This document shows positions 1 through 13,008 of a stretch of 64,000 bases of DNA, in pieces; within the stretch, counting starts at the first letter, position 1, and each line of letters starts with the position of its first letter. The stretch comes from Octopus vulgaris (lineage: Eukaryota), in NCBI GenBank assembly GCA_951406725.2, contig OX597818.1:95480001-95544000 (forward strand). The letters are read 5' to 3'. Under the pieces are notes generated by a model, which was not told the DNA's origin, did no database searches, and saw only the letters and a list, made by a program, of their open reading frames with translations. Position numbers and translations under genes: made by a program.

Positions 1-595
1 ATACATTAAGGACCAGCGTTTTCAAACCAACTTTAGCAAGAGACCCTGAATCACTAAATTCAGTTGAGGAGTTAGGGATTCAAACTGAATGTTATGGTTC
101 TTTAGTGATACATATAGAACTACCATAAAAGACTAGCATAAAATGGCTATCTAAAAGAACAATGTTTCATTTTATTACTCTACTTTTTTATATGAATGCC
201 ATTAAAATCAAAATAAAGGTGATATTATTGGCAATCTGCTAAAGCTTCTCAGAAGCAAATTTATTTTCTCTTTTTAGCTATTTTGCATGAATTTTTCCAG
301 ACATGCATTACTATGATTTGTTGGCGTAAGTGTTTTTTTAGGTATGCCCTTCCTATCACACACCAGTCGAGCTTGGGGAAGAGAGCGAGACCTGCTTTTT
401 ATTCAGTCAGATGAACAGGAGCATAGAGAATTAATGATTTATCCTTATTTAGACCTTGGATAGAGGTAAAAAATATATATGTACACTATACAGCAACAAG
501 AAATATATACACCTTATAGAACAACTAAACACAAATATTTACTTTATACCCATACAAGTATATACAAAGTGTACGGCAATAAACAACAGACTTAC

Positions 596-712
596 CACAG
601 CCTCTTTCATCACCACCATGTTTCTTACAATTCCACACACCATCACACTGTTGGTGTGGTGAATAACAAGCATTTTCTCCAAAACCACAAGGTGTGTGAC
701 CAGGGTAACAGC
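596..712 (-). CDS. LRP12: LRP12-like gene, LDL-receptor class A repeat 3; gene continues beyond the window start
   Basis: Acceptor attttcAG, donor GTAAGT, 117 bp, phase 1-1. Translates CYPGHTPCGFGENACYSPHQQCDGVWNCKKHGGDERGC. Confidence 0.92.
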
Positions 713-1619
713 CTGAAAATAACAACAATACTATCAATTGCAAAATACTGGTCATTATCTCAGTATCAAAGCTATTACTTTTGATTTGTAATAATAAACA
801 ACAGCAACATATCAAACCATAATGTTGGTAACTGTGTTCCTTCTATGACATGAGATTACAGGCAGAATGATAAATGTGTCTGTTGATCAATGTATCACCT
901 GAAAGACTAGACACACAAAAGAAAATCTGCTAAACAACATAAAGCAGGAGTGGAGTGATCATGCTGATATTGCATCAATGCTTTCATTAGTGAACAATAA
1001 GGATTAAAACCTTTACCTGTATCCTAGTAAGGTAATATTTCCCCATAGCTAGACATGATTTCGTATAATATTGAAAATGAATAACATGTAGCTGGAAACA
1101 TTCATGCAATGTCAAGACAAGGAGATACAAACACTTTCACACAAACATACACATTCTTACATACATGTACTTAAATGACAGGCTTCTCTCAGTTTCTGTC
1201 TACCAAATCACAAGGCTTTGGTAAGTCCAGGGCTATGGTAGAAGACACTTGCCCAAGGTGCTATACAATGGATTTAAATCTAAAACAATGTGGTTGGGAA
1301 GCAAACTTGATAACCACACAGTCACACCTCTAACTATAGCTACACCTGCATGGCAAATGTAACTAAACATTGCTAATGCATAATAAGGAACCAATATAAC
1401 AGTAGAAAATAAAAACAAAAAGAAAAATCTCAACTTTTTAGTGTGAGTGGAATAAAATAAATAGCTACCAGAGTCTAACAACTTATTGTTAACTCAGGTA
1501 TCACTAAAGGACCACTGTGGTTAGCCAGCATCTGAAACCAATTTAAGAAGAAACATGGTAACCACCAGGATTATACATCTCTTTCAACTAATTTTTGGAA
1601 ATGTGTGCGTATATATATA

Positions 1620-2139
1620 TATCATCATCATCATCATTTAACATGTGTTGTCCATGCTAGCATGGGTTGGATGGTTTAACCAGGGCTGACAAGCTGGACG
1701 GCTGCATCAAACACCAGTCTGTTTTGGCATGGTTTCTATGGCTGGATGCCCTTCCTAATGCCAACCACTCTGAGAGTGTAATGGGTGCTTTTACATGCCA
1801 CTGGCATGGATGCCATTTGTGTAACATCAGTATTTACCATGACTGTGGTTTTACTTGGCTTCATGGGTCTTCTTCTCAAGCACAGCATAATACCAAATAG
1901 ACTCAGTCATTGCCTCCATGAGGCCCAATGCTCGAAAGGTACTTCTATGTGTAATGGGTGCTTTTACATGCCACTGGCATGGATGCCATTTGCGCAATAC
2001 CAGTATCTTCCATGATTGCGATTTTACTTGGCTTGATGGGTCTTCTTCTCAAGTACAACATAATGCCAAAGGTCTTGGTCATTGCCTCTGTGAGGCCCAA
2101 CATTCAAAAGGAGCTTCGTCTCAGTCCTTGCCTCCCATG

Positions 2140-2140
<1 letters not shown>
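1620..2140 (-). mobile_element. RTE-type LINE 3' UTR / RTE-tailed short element
   Basis: (CAT)n tail, motif ggatgcccttcctaatgccaaccact and internal repeats gtgcttttacatgccactggcatggatgcc. Homologous copies at about 14315-14470, 58260-58460 and 62915-63250. Confidence 0.65.
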
Positions 2141-2174
<34 letters not shown>

Positions 2175-2293
2175 GTGCAGTAATCTTCATATATATATAT
2201 ATATATATATCATCAAGCATGGGTTGGACGGTTTGACTTTATAAAATTTCTTAAAATCTACTTTGGTTTTATTCAATGTGCTAGTAATCTTCA

Positions 2294-2352
<59 letters not shown>

Positions 2353-2835
2353 GTGTGTGTGTATATATATTTAGGCATAAGTATTATCATTAATATTCTG
2401 AATATTGGGCAAAGAAGAGAACTAGGAAGAAATAATAGTGAAGAGCAAATTCTATTAACCTAATAAAATATAGATGCAGTAAAATAAAATACTGCACTGA
2501 TCTTTGAGAAGCAATGATTCATTTTAGATACAGCAGAAACTTTCTTTTAATAATAGTAAAGTAATACAAATTAGCATAATTTCTCCTTGTTCTAATTAAC
2601 AAAACATTTTTTTTTATTTGTTTCTGGGTGCCAGTTGCTTAAGAGTTCCAGTTGTTTGAGGAGTTCATGACATAAAAAAACTATTGTTCCTTTCCATTAT
2701 AAATTTAAGGCTTTTATTTATTTATGTTAATGAAAGGAGGAAACTATGATCACAAAATTTATGTTAGGTGGGCTCTATCTTCTGAAAGTCTGCCTAAAAT
2801 CTTTAGAAACTTTATATCAGAATTACAAAACCAAC

Positions 2836-3048
2836 TTAATACTTTAGCATTTAACCCAGCCATATCTGGCACAAGTATTCAATCTGCTTAATGTTCAAAA
2901 TCTCACACCTACCCTACAATGTCACACTAAAACAAACAGTCACATCACTCAAATTTCAAAGCTACAAGGTAATGCATAATCAATTCAAAACAATGTGAAT
3001 AAATAAACATTACATTTAACAGAGTAATTTGAATATTAAAAGGGTTAA
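2836..3048. mobile_element. piggyBac-like MITE (about 220 bp), multicopy family
   Basis: Family consensus ends TTAA-CCCTTTAGCA...TGCTAAAGGG-TTAA (degenerate in this copy). Related copies at about 13055-13280, 27120-27347, 42166-42686 (interrupted), 46562-46780, 54945-55172 and 57060-57300. Confidence 0.75.
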
Positions 3049-4199
3049 AATAATCTCAGAATATTAAAAATTCTAGTTTAGTGGGAAGTTAATATATTAT
3101 GTAAAGTAGGGAAAGTAAACAGTGTTCAGGCTGGAAGATAGGGTATAGTGGAAGTGACAAAATACAGATAAATAGGTGAATGCACCAAGTGTAGGGTAGT
3201 TAGGGTAATCATAAAGTTCAAAGGTGAGACGTTGCATGAGGGATAAAATAGTAATAATAGTGATTTCAAATGTTTGCACCAGTAATTTCAGAGGAGGAGC
3301 TAAGTTGTTACACTGGCCCTAGTGTTCAAGTGGAACTTATTTTATCAACTCTGAAAGATTGAGAGGCAAGGTCAACCTCATTTCACTGATTCGAAGGGAT
3401 GAAGGGTAAAGTTGACAGCAGAGAAATTTTGACCAAGAACATAAAGATGGGCAAAATATCACTAAGCATCAATCCCCATGCAAGACTGGTACTTATTTTG
3501 TCAACCCTGAAAGGATAAAAGGCAAAGTTGACCTTAATAAGATTTTAAAATGGCTTCAAATTTTACCACAAGGCCAGCAATCTTAAGAAGTGGGTAAGTC
3601 AATTACATCAACCCTGCACTTAACTGGTATTATCAATCCTGAAATGGTGAAAGGCAAAAATCTATCACAGCAGAATTGAAATTCAGAACATAAAGAGTTA
3701 GGCATTTTGATAGTTGTGTTGATTTGTTTACAAACACAGTCACACATACATACATATATATATGACAGGCTTCTTTCATTTTCCCTCAAACAAATCCACT
3801 AACAAGACTTTAACAAACCTGGAACTATTGTACAAGATATTTGCCCAAGGTGCCATGCAGTGGGACTGAACCCAGAATCATGTGGTTGAGAAGCAAGCTT
3901 CTTACCATAGCATCAAAATAACTACATAGTTTAATTTGCCACAAAGCAACAAACAGATGGGACATTATAAGGGTAAATTACATGGTAAAAGTTTGTTTAT
4001 GTAGAATCTATTATGGGCATGGAAAACAAAAACTATAAAAAAGGCATATACAGAAAATAGCTTACAGATATTTTCAATATAAATGAAAAAACAAAACCTA
4101 AACAAAACAATACACATACCCAAAATACACAGAGCTGCACTTGATAGTGCAGTGAAAGCATGCAATATGAAAAAACTACTGGAAAATAATAATAATAAT

Positions 4200-4844
4200 T
4201 GTTAGTGCTTGTGAAAGTATTCTTGCGTAGAAAGAGTACAAGCGCAGACACAAGGTAGCCTAAAACCTTCACTGGCTACTATGCTGGAAGTATGGATATG
4301 AGGTAACAGGTGCTTGGTACCAAAATACACCGGAAAATGTAATGGATGAAAAGGAGAAGGCAAAAATCCCCTTGGACTTTGACTTCCAGACAGACAAGAT
4401 GTTAGAGCACCGAAGGCCAGATATAGTAACCTTTAGGAGGGACAAACAAGAGTGCCTAATATTCGACATGGCAGTGCCAGCAGATCAACATATCATCATG
4501 AAAGAAAGAGAAAAGATTGATAAATATGGAGACCTGAGAATTGAGATCACTAAGATGTAGCAGCTACGGGAATCAAACATAAAGGTTGTCCCTATTGTCA
4601 TCAGAGCATTGGGTTCAATACCACCCGACCTGAAAAAACATCTGGAAACTTTAGAAATACCCTACAATCTAGGTGTATTTCAAAAATTGGAACTGCACAC
4701 GTATTGCGTAAAGTACTATCAGTCTGAGGTCCTTGTTATGACTTGACACAGTACAAGCCCCTCCAGTACACACAATATCTTCAATCAACAACATCATGAT
4801 ATTGGATACTGTGCAACATCTTAAATAATAATAAAAATAATAAT
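4200..4844 (+). mobile_element. 5'-truncated R4/Dong-type non-LTR retrotransposon, restriction-like endonuclease C-terminus (degenerate)
   Basis: DFDFQTDKMLEHRRPDIV...IFDMAVP...EREKIDKYGDL...VVPIVIRALG carries the PD-(D/E)xK REL motif. In-frame stop at 4560; (TAA)n on both sides. Confidence 0.85.
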
Positions 4845-5048
4845 CCTTTCTACTGTAGGTACAAGGCCTAAAATTTGGGGCCAGGGATTAAGTTGATTAC
4901 ATCGACCCCAGTGCATAACTGGTACTTATTTCCTCATTTCCGAAAGGATGAAAGGCAAAGTCAGCAGAATTTGAACTCGGAACATAGTGATAGGTGAAAT
5001 ACCACTAAGCATTTCATCCAGCTTACTAATGATTCTGCCAGGTCACTG

Positions 5049-5081
<33 letters not shown>

Positions 5082-5315
5082 GGTGATGATGATGATGACA
5101 ATTTCAAATTTTGGCACAAGGCCAGCAATTTTGAGGGATGAAATAAGTTGATTACAACAACCCCAGTGTTCAACTGGTGCTTATTTTATCAATCTTGAAA
5201 GGATGAAAGGCAAAGTCAACCTCAGCAGAATTTGAACTTGGAACATAGAGACAGACAAAATAATGCTAAGCATTTTTCCCAATGAACTAACAATTCTGCC
5301 AGCTTGCTGCCTCTG
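4845..5315 (-). mobile_element. Two tandem tRNA-derived SINEs (core gcctttcatcctttcggggtcgataaa..agtacc)
   Basis: A/B-box-like head on the minus strand (gttcaaattc) and a conserved core. Other copies at about 3280-3700, 10570-10742, 29070-29290, 56500-56715 and 57300-57450. Confidence 0.8.
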
Positions 5316-6124
5316 ATGATGATGATGATGATAAAGTGAAAAGGAAGGTTGGAATGCTTTTCTTCCTAGTGAGGTGCTGGACTCCAGGTGAGAATGCAAA
5401 AGTGATTCAACAGGCCAGTTTGACAAAAAAAAAACCTATGCTTCATGGCATCTACTTTAAACACAATCTTATTTGAAACATTGACATGAAGCTGATAGTA
5501 AGATTGCAAAAGCTGCATAGAACTAGGCCAAAACCCAATGAAGAAATCAAACCTGTGCTCTAAGTTAAATCTAAAACCATGGCGCATGTGCACACACACA
5601 ATTATTTTACAGTCCACCACTGTTTTACCATTTTGGAACCATTGATTTATAGTCCGGTGAAGTGAGTTATTAACCCTTTTAGCATCAACTGCATGAGACT
5701 GTTCTTAGTCCTATGATACAAAGCCTCCCAGTAAAATTTCATGTTAATTTGTTTTAGATACCAGATTTATAATGAGAAAGTTCTTTTACTAAATTTTTCA
5801 TTATTTTCAAAATTAATTGAAACAGACAGTACAATTCAATAGAAATTTGGTAATAAAGGGTTAAGACTGGAAGGCTTCTGTTTTGAATACTATATATCAC
5901 CATGACTAATTTCCTCTTGTGGACTAGTACTATTACTCTCAAACTGCTTCAGGGCCTATGAGAAGCAAGTGGGGTTCAGTTGATACATTGGTCCTGGGGA
6001 TCCAGGAAGGAAACCAATGAATTTGTGTCAGATTAGAAGGATCCATGCCTTTCCATATAAGACCAAAGGCAACCTAGTTCTGCTTTGAAAGATTTCTCCC
6101 AGAAGTCAAGCCTGAAACAATTGA

Positions 6125-6315
6125 CACAGGCCAGTCCATGTTAATGATGTGACCCAGCCGCTGCTATTGAGAGGAACCAACCCATGTTATTGATGTGATC
6201 CAGCCCCTGCTATCAATATGATCTAGCTCTTGCTATCAATATTATCAAGCCCTTGCTACTGATGAGCTCAAGCCTTGCTACTGATATGACTCAGCTCTTG
6301 CTATTAATGTGAGTT
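6125..6315. repeat. Degenerate minisatellite, unit about 23 bp
   Basis: Recurring cagccc(t)tgctat(c/t)aat(a/g)tga unit, roughly 7-8 copies. Confidence 0.7.
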
Positions 6316-6435
6316 GTGGCTCTGTGCAAATCCTTCTACTTAAATGCAAAATAACTGTAGAGGGAAGGATATGTGAAGAAGAAAGTGAGAGGCAGAGGAG
6401 TAGAGAAAGTAGAAAGTGAGGAGAATAAAATATAC

Positions 6436-6591
6436 CCATGGCACAGTTTTTCTCATCAGTCATGTCTACGCAATCATGAACACCATCGCATATTTGAGAT
6501 CGATGAAGACATATCACTTTGAAGGTTTTCCAAGATCGACATCTTAACTCGGGATTACACAGCAATATCCGTGGTGGGGTGGTGTTTATCT
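6436..6591 (-). CDS. LRP12: LRP12-like gene, LDL-receptor class A repeat 2
   Basis: Acceptor ccttctAG, donor GTATAT, 156 bp, phase 1-1. Translates CNPELRCRSWKTFKVICLHRSQICDGVHDCVDMTDEKNC. Confidence 0.9.
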
Positions 6592-8087
6592 CTAGAAGGC
6601 AGAAGGCAGAATTAACAATCAATAAAGTGACACTTGTAGCTAATGGGAGCAACTCAGCTAAGCTGTAGCAAGGTTGTGTCTACAGGAATGCTTCTACTTT
6701 AGTTGCTTCACCTGTTAATTACAGTAGCCAATGGAGAGCTTTTATGTTAATCATGTGATGTGTTAACTAAAGCAACAGCTATTGCAAAAGCTTTCTAATA
6801 AGGTATTAGGAGCAAATGTCAGACAGTCACATGACAAGCTAATACAGGAGCAAGAACTTCTTTCAAGCTTGAACCAGTAAGAGAACTTCTATGTAGACAG
6901 CTAAATTTTCATCAACAACTCGCTTTTCCTTAGAATGGTATATGCATGAACCATTAAAGGAACTTATCTATTTAGTCTCTTGACTTACGCAATATAATAG
7001 CTAAATCCAATTCAATAAGTTGTCTTTGGAAAGGATATCATATTTCAAGCACCAAAAATATAGGCCAGTCCTAGCTAGAATACCAGTAAAATGCCTATTT
7101 GATTAGCTACATCTCTCACCTAGATTTTCCAAAGTAGAGTAAGTATTGATTGGGTCTCCACTACAATAACAGTCACTCACTCAAAGAGATATTCTGATAA
7201 TTTTGAATAATGTGACAACATATATCAAGTCCTAATTTTTAGAAGTCCTCTTCTATAGATGTTGCCAAGCCTGCCAATATAGAAAATTAAATCTTTATGG
7301 AGTTCGTTTTTGATGTTGCAGCATGCTTCAAACGTTATTTATTTATGCCAACACAAGTTGACATGATTAAATGGGATTATGCTCATAAAAGTAAGGCTTC
7401 TTAACATGAAGCTCCAGAATTTAGAATAAAAACAAAGCATAATGTCAATCATGGAAAATATTGGTTACTTAGTCTGTATATTCATAGAAGTATTTGAAAG
7501 TTTACAATTTTGAATTTAACTACTTTCAATTCCAGCGGGTTGGTAGAATGTGTATTAATAATATACTGTAAACAGGTAATCAGAGCTGAACTAAATCTAG
7601 TGAGTTGAGTCATCAGTGAATTACCATGAAGTATTAAAGTTATTTTCAACATGCAAACCAAAAATATAAGAAACACCTACTTCTTTTTACTTGGTGCATG
7701 CTCATTGAATTAGAGGCAGGAATTTAGTTTAATAAAGAAATCCTAAAAAATAATTGATATTCATATTATGAACCCAAGCAGATCTACATTCGTAGGGAAA
7801 CAGAACCAAAAACTTTATCTAGATTTCTAAAGTTTCCTGTTTCAACTAAATGATTTTTGGAACATAGCAAGTCATGGTTTCAAAGATAACTATAAAATCT
7901 GCAGAGAAAACATTACAGACAACTGAAGTAAATAAAAGTAGGGAGAAAATGAAAATAATATGAAAGCAAAAATAGAAAACACATAAAAAAAAACTGACAT
8001 AAAATTTTTTAAATAAAGCAGAATTGAGAATAGGATATATTTTTTTACTGAGTGTTTCTTTGGTTCATTATACTTCGTGTTTTGGAT

Positions 8088-8450
8088 ACAGGTGACTATA
8101 ACAGGAGTATGGGCTTGGTATGGGTGACAGTAAGAGTGATCTTGGCATAAGAACTGTAACAGGAGTGTGGTTATAGGACATATTCCTGGTACAAGTGACT
8201 GAAAGGAGAGAGTAACCTTGGCACAGGGACAGTAACAGCAGTGTAAGCTTGGTGTATGGGGACTGTAACAGGAGCGTTGTCCTACAACAGGTAACTATAA
8301 TAGGAATATGTTCATGGTACAGGGGACTATCAGCTGTAATGTTTCAAAAGAATGTTGTAATACAGCAATGCAGAGTTACAAGAAACTGTAACAGCTTCAG
8401 TGTTACAACTATTGACTTATAACAACAATGCAGCATTACAACAGAGGGGT
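8088..8450. repeat. Degenerate minisatellite, unit about 30 bp
   Basis: Recurring acaggtgact(a/g)taacaggagtgtg...ggt unit, decaying rightwards. Confidence 0.7.
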
Positions 8451-8640
8451 CTTTATGTTATATCTTGAAAAAAGACACCATTATAAAGAATTTCTAAAGC
8501 AATAATATTTAAGAAAAATTCTGTAAATCAGGTATAAAAACCTAAAGAACATACCATACAAGTCCCCTTTATAAGTGGAGTGACCTAGTGTCTAATCTAA
8601 ATGTAACTTATTACAGTCTTTAGGTTGCCATACTACTTAC

Positions 8641-8772
8641 CTCGGCAACCTTTTTCATCACTACCATCACCACATTCATCTTTGTTGTTACACCGCCATT
8701 TTCCTAAAATACATTTCCCATTCTGGCAACGGAATTCATCTCTGGCACACGGTCGATGTGCAGGAACATGGC
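8641..8772 (-). CDS. LRP12: LRP12-like gene, LDL-receptor class A repeat 1
   Basis: Acceptor tatttcAG, donor GTAAGT, 132 bp, phase 1-1. [35 protein letters not shown] has 6 Cys plus DxSDE and closely resembles LRP12 LDLa1. Confidence 0.95.
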
Positions 8773-9635
8773 CTGAAATAAGATCAAAGGTTAAGATAAC
8801 TACCACTGACAACAAAATGGAATGTAGCATGAAATAGGAAGAACAAGTGTGGGAATAGTCCTCACTAGCAACAAGTTAGAATATGGCCCCTAATAAAGTC
8901 AGGATTGGTTCTATGTTTTTAATTTGTTCTTTTTTTTAATTAGCTTTCAATATATTTTTCCTTCTTGAATTATATAAATCTGTATCAGTGTGTGTGTGGA
9001 TACATGAATGTATACACACACATATACACAAAACAGAGAAGTCAGCTCTCCACACCATTTCTCCAAAGATTTCCTGCAGATGAGATCCTAACCCTAACCT
9101 AGAAATACTGAAATACAAGGTAAAAGTACAAACCATTGATTTGTATTATTTCTGACAACTTGCATTGTTTTGGCTTAAAACAATATTAAAAACATTCATG
9201 TATATATACATGCATTCCTACATAAATATTTCAATATTTCAAAGTTAGGACCTCTTCTGCAGAAAATCTTAGATCTGACTTCTCTGTTCTGTGTATATGT
9301 ATATGCATGTGTGTGTGTCTATATATACACATACACACACACACATGTATGTACATAGATATTTATATATGTATGTATGTCATTATTCATTTGTATTCCA
9401 AGATTTTTTGCCAATAGAGAAAGAGCTGGTTTTAGAATTTCAGCACCAGCAAGGTGTGTGTGTGTGCACGTGTGCATGCATGAATACATGTATATGTGAA
9501 GATGCGTGTTTTGTTTTATGTATGTATTCTCATGCATATAGTTGCATGTCTAGACGTGCTCATATATACTTAAATGATAAACTTCTGGAAAGTTTTATGT
9601 ACATACGTATGTACGTACATATATACATACATATG

Positions 9636-10170
9636 TACAAGGTGTATTCTAAGAGGTTTGGAACTTTTTGGGGAGAGGTGGTAACTGTCCTAGACTACTA
9701 TAATTTTAGTATGTCATTATTATGCAGCTAATAAGCTGACCTGCCAGCTTTTTAATATTTTTATTTTTTATTCCAGAGACAGTAATAACAGCACTTTGAA
9801 CACACCCTATCAAACACTGCTTATAACAGCTAACTAGTTTACTGAATGCAATCAGGATGTGAAGACAATTTGGAAACTCACTATGCAATAAAGTTTTGAG
9901 TTAAACTGAGGGAAAAAATGCTCCAGATTGCTCATAGATTAAGTTGTATAAGCCAAACATCTGTTTCCTGCAGGCACAAGAGGTTCAAGAACAGTAGAGA
10001 CAAAGTGGGAATCAATGATAGGCATGGGAGATACAATGTTTGTAAGTTTTGATAGAGTCATTTGCTGCAGGAAATCAGGAAATATAGCAACTAATGTTTT
10101 GGAACAGTCCATTCATCTGACAAGCAGCTAAACTCAAGAACCTCACAACATATGTTTTGGCTGACACAGA
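9636..10170 (+). mobile_element. Degenerate mariner transposon fragment (N-terminal HTH region)
   Basis: YAIKF*VKL and HKRFKNSRDKVGINDRHGR match the mariner N-terminal consensus (YAIKFCxKL; WHKRFKEGRESVxDDxRxGR). Confidence 0.6.
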
Positions 10171-10744
10171 TTGCCATTGAATTTCTTTCAGCTAAGGTTG
10201 TTGTTTTTTGTTTTCTTTGTTTTTTTTACCTTTAAGTACAGGTACAATTGCTTTGAGATTAAAAATACTGGCCTGTTAACTACATGAGCACAAGTTCGAA
10301 ATTATTCTACAAACATTATGATGTGCTCTTTCTTACAACAAACAAAATAGAAATGGTTTCTAGTTCTCTGAGGGCTTTTAAGGACCAGCACTTAGTTCTG
10401 GCCATTATCATTGTTAAGTCCCAGATCAGCTGATCAACAAGAGCTATGATCAAAGATATTCCAGCCATGACTATCCCATTTGTTTTCAAGCATAATGTAG
10501 TCCAGACTATGGGTTGAATATCTTGGCTCATAGGTTTGCTCATTCAAAACACACCAGGGAACAATAACTAAATATTCTTTTCTAATCTAGGCACAGGGCC
10601 CGAAATTTTGGGGGAGAGGGCCAGTCAATTAGGTCGACCCCAGTATGCAACTGGTACTTAATTTATCGACCCCAAAAGGATGAAAGGCAAAGTCAATTTC
10701 GGCGGAATATGAACTCAGAACATAAAGACAGACAAAATACCTGA

Positions 10745-11721
10745 CGAAATTGCTACATATGATTTTTGAACATGGGATAAAAATGTCCCAAATAGTATTA
10801 TAATGAACAAATACTTGGGACTATCCTAACAGTATTTCACATGCATGTTGAGCAAGTTCAGAAAATTACGGAAATAAAAATCAAATAAATCTTACAGTTT
10901 ATTTCAAATGCAAAATGAAGCTATAATTGCTTTCTCATAGAATATTTATTATAAATTACAATTATTTTTTCGTATAACACTTATAAAATAATATATGTAA
11001 TGACTCCTTCTAAATAATACTTATGAAATAATAAATAAACTTCTTTCCTCATGTTTTTTTTTCTCTTATATCATACTAACTAATGAATATATTCCTTTTC
11101 TCAAATAATATTTACAAGAACACTGTGATATACTGTAAAACATCCATCAATGCATAAAGGAATGATGCATTTCTGACAAATGTGTTGGGTCCTCTTTTTG
11201 TTGTTCCTCGAAGCACATCTTGTACATCTTCTGCTACCCTCTTGTTTTACTGGCATATGATCACCTACATTGGAAATCAACTTTGAAGTCTTAGAAGGCC
11301 ATCTGAAAGATCTAATTTTCTTTTGTGGAAAATTCGACCTTCCTGTCTCAATCAAATGTTCAGCTACATTTACTAAGAAATTTATAAATGGTGGTTTCAT
11401 ATGGTGAACTTCAGAGTAAATAACATAGCTGTTATAAACAGCTGTCATCGGACATCTGAAGAATACTTTAGTCCACCATTTTCTACTTTTTTGATCCAGT
11501 TCATACAGTGTTACCATTTGATCAGAGTGATCTACTCCACCTATATATTTGTTATAAAAGATAATCACTTCTCGACAAGTGAACTCTTTTTATTTTTCCA
11601 TCCTACTCCTTACACTATAACCGTGATTTGTCCCATCCTAAGCCATTTTAATTGAAGAAAATTCACTTTACTATTAAAAAACTTTTCTTGGGATACATGA
11701 GTCCCATTAGGAGCGAAGGGG
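10745..11721 (-). mobile_element. Internally deleted piggyBac element carrying the transposase C-terminus
   Basis: YNKYIGGVDHSDQ..KWWTKVFF..AVYNSYVIY plus a Cys-rich CxxC..CxxC..C..C..H domain (11101-11568). TTAA at 11722-11725 followed by a CCCCTTCG terminus on the minus strand. Confidence 0.9.
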
Positions 11722-12118
11722 TTAAAGCAACTTTGTTTCCCCAACATACTTAATATCTTTCTTAAAGTGCCTGAATTGTGCACAGGCTTGGCCCAGTGGT
11801 TAACAAATACACTTGGCAACTACATGGCTCTGAGTTCAGTCCCACTATGCAAAAACTTGAGCAAATATCTTCTGCTATAGCCCAGGGCCAACCTAAGCCT
11901 TGTGAGAGGATTTGGTAGACAGAAATTGATAGGACCTAGTCTTCTTTGTGTGATCATGTTCCTGTCTCCTTGTCTTAGCATCATGCACCAGTTGTAAATG
12001 AGAATCACTATCACAGAAGCAATGTTGGTCATTTACAATCTTCTGTGAAATTATGCCCAGCCATTGTATTGTTCATGATTGAACTTGCATGGTTAATTTG
12101 CACACAATTGCAAATATT

Positions 12119-13008
12119 ATAGGTAGTATGATCAATAAGTATCCAGATTGTTGCCATAGTAATGAAGCTGAAGCACGCAGAGTGAAACCGCTTGGCACAG
12201 ATTGACCTTGAACGCTGTTGTGCATGTGCACTAAGTTTTAACATTCTAGTTCACTTCCACTGTTTACAGCTTGGAAGGAAGGTGTGTAGTGTGTGATTGT
12301 TGCATTGACCATGACAGAGAAAGTTGAGCAGAGAATCTGCATCAAATTTTGCCAAAAGCTTGGCAATACCTGCTCAGTGCCCTACACATAGTTTTCAAAA
12401 TGTTTTCATTGTTCTTGACACAATCAAAAAGATCTTGTGCAGCTGAAACCCAAGTGTCTTTTTGGTAAGCTGAAAGCAGTTTTGGCACAAACTTGGTAGA
12501 CATGCATCTCACACTCAAATCTTCAATGATAATAGACTGAACCGAACTGTAACTAATCTGCACATCCTCTGATAACTCACAGGTAGTGATTCAACGATTT
12601 CCCCTCATAGCAGCATGCACATTTGCATTGTTTTTCTCAATTCTGCTGGTTGTGGGTCTCCCAGAACATTCATCAATATTGACATTTTTTCGGCCATCTT
12701 GAAAATGTATGAACCACTCATACACTTATGTGTGACTCATACACTCCTCACCATACACTTTCTGCAACTTTACATAGGCCTCTGAGCAGGTATCACCATG
12801 ACAACTTTCTGTCATGGTCGATGCAGCAATCACACACTACACACCTTCCTTCCAAGAACTGCTGTAAACAGAAGTAAACTAGAATGTTAAAACTTAGTGC
12901 ACATGCACAGCAGAGTTTAAGGTCAATCAGTGCCAAGCAGCTTCACTCTGCATGCTTTAGCTTCATTACTATGGCAACAGTCTGGATACTTATTGATCAG
13001 ACCTCATA
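12119..13008. mobile_element. Non-autonomous mariner made of two inverted 5' ends
   Basis: Inverted arms of about 200-260 bp with TA at the ends. Plus strand MTEKVEQRICIKFCQKLG; minus strand SGRPTTSRI...KFVPKLLS. Confidence 0.85.

Noticed and set aside
3097-3279. YDYPNYP peptide resembling the CUB SPNYP motif (possible missing CUB2 exon)
   Set aside because: No CUB cysteines or C-x-W-x-I pattern and no convincing splice sites.
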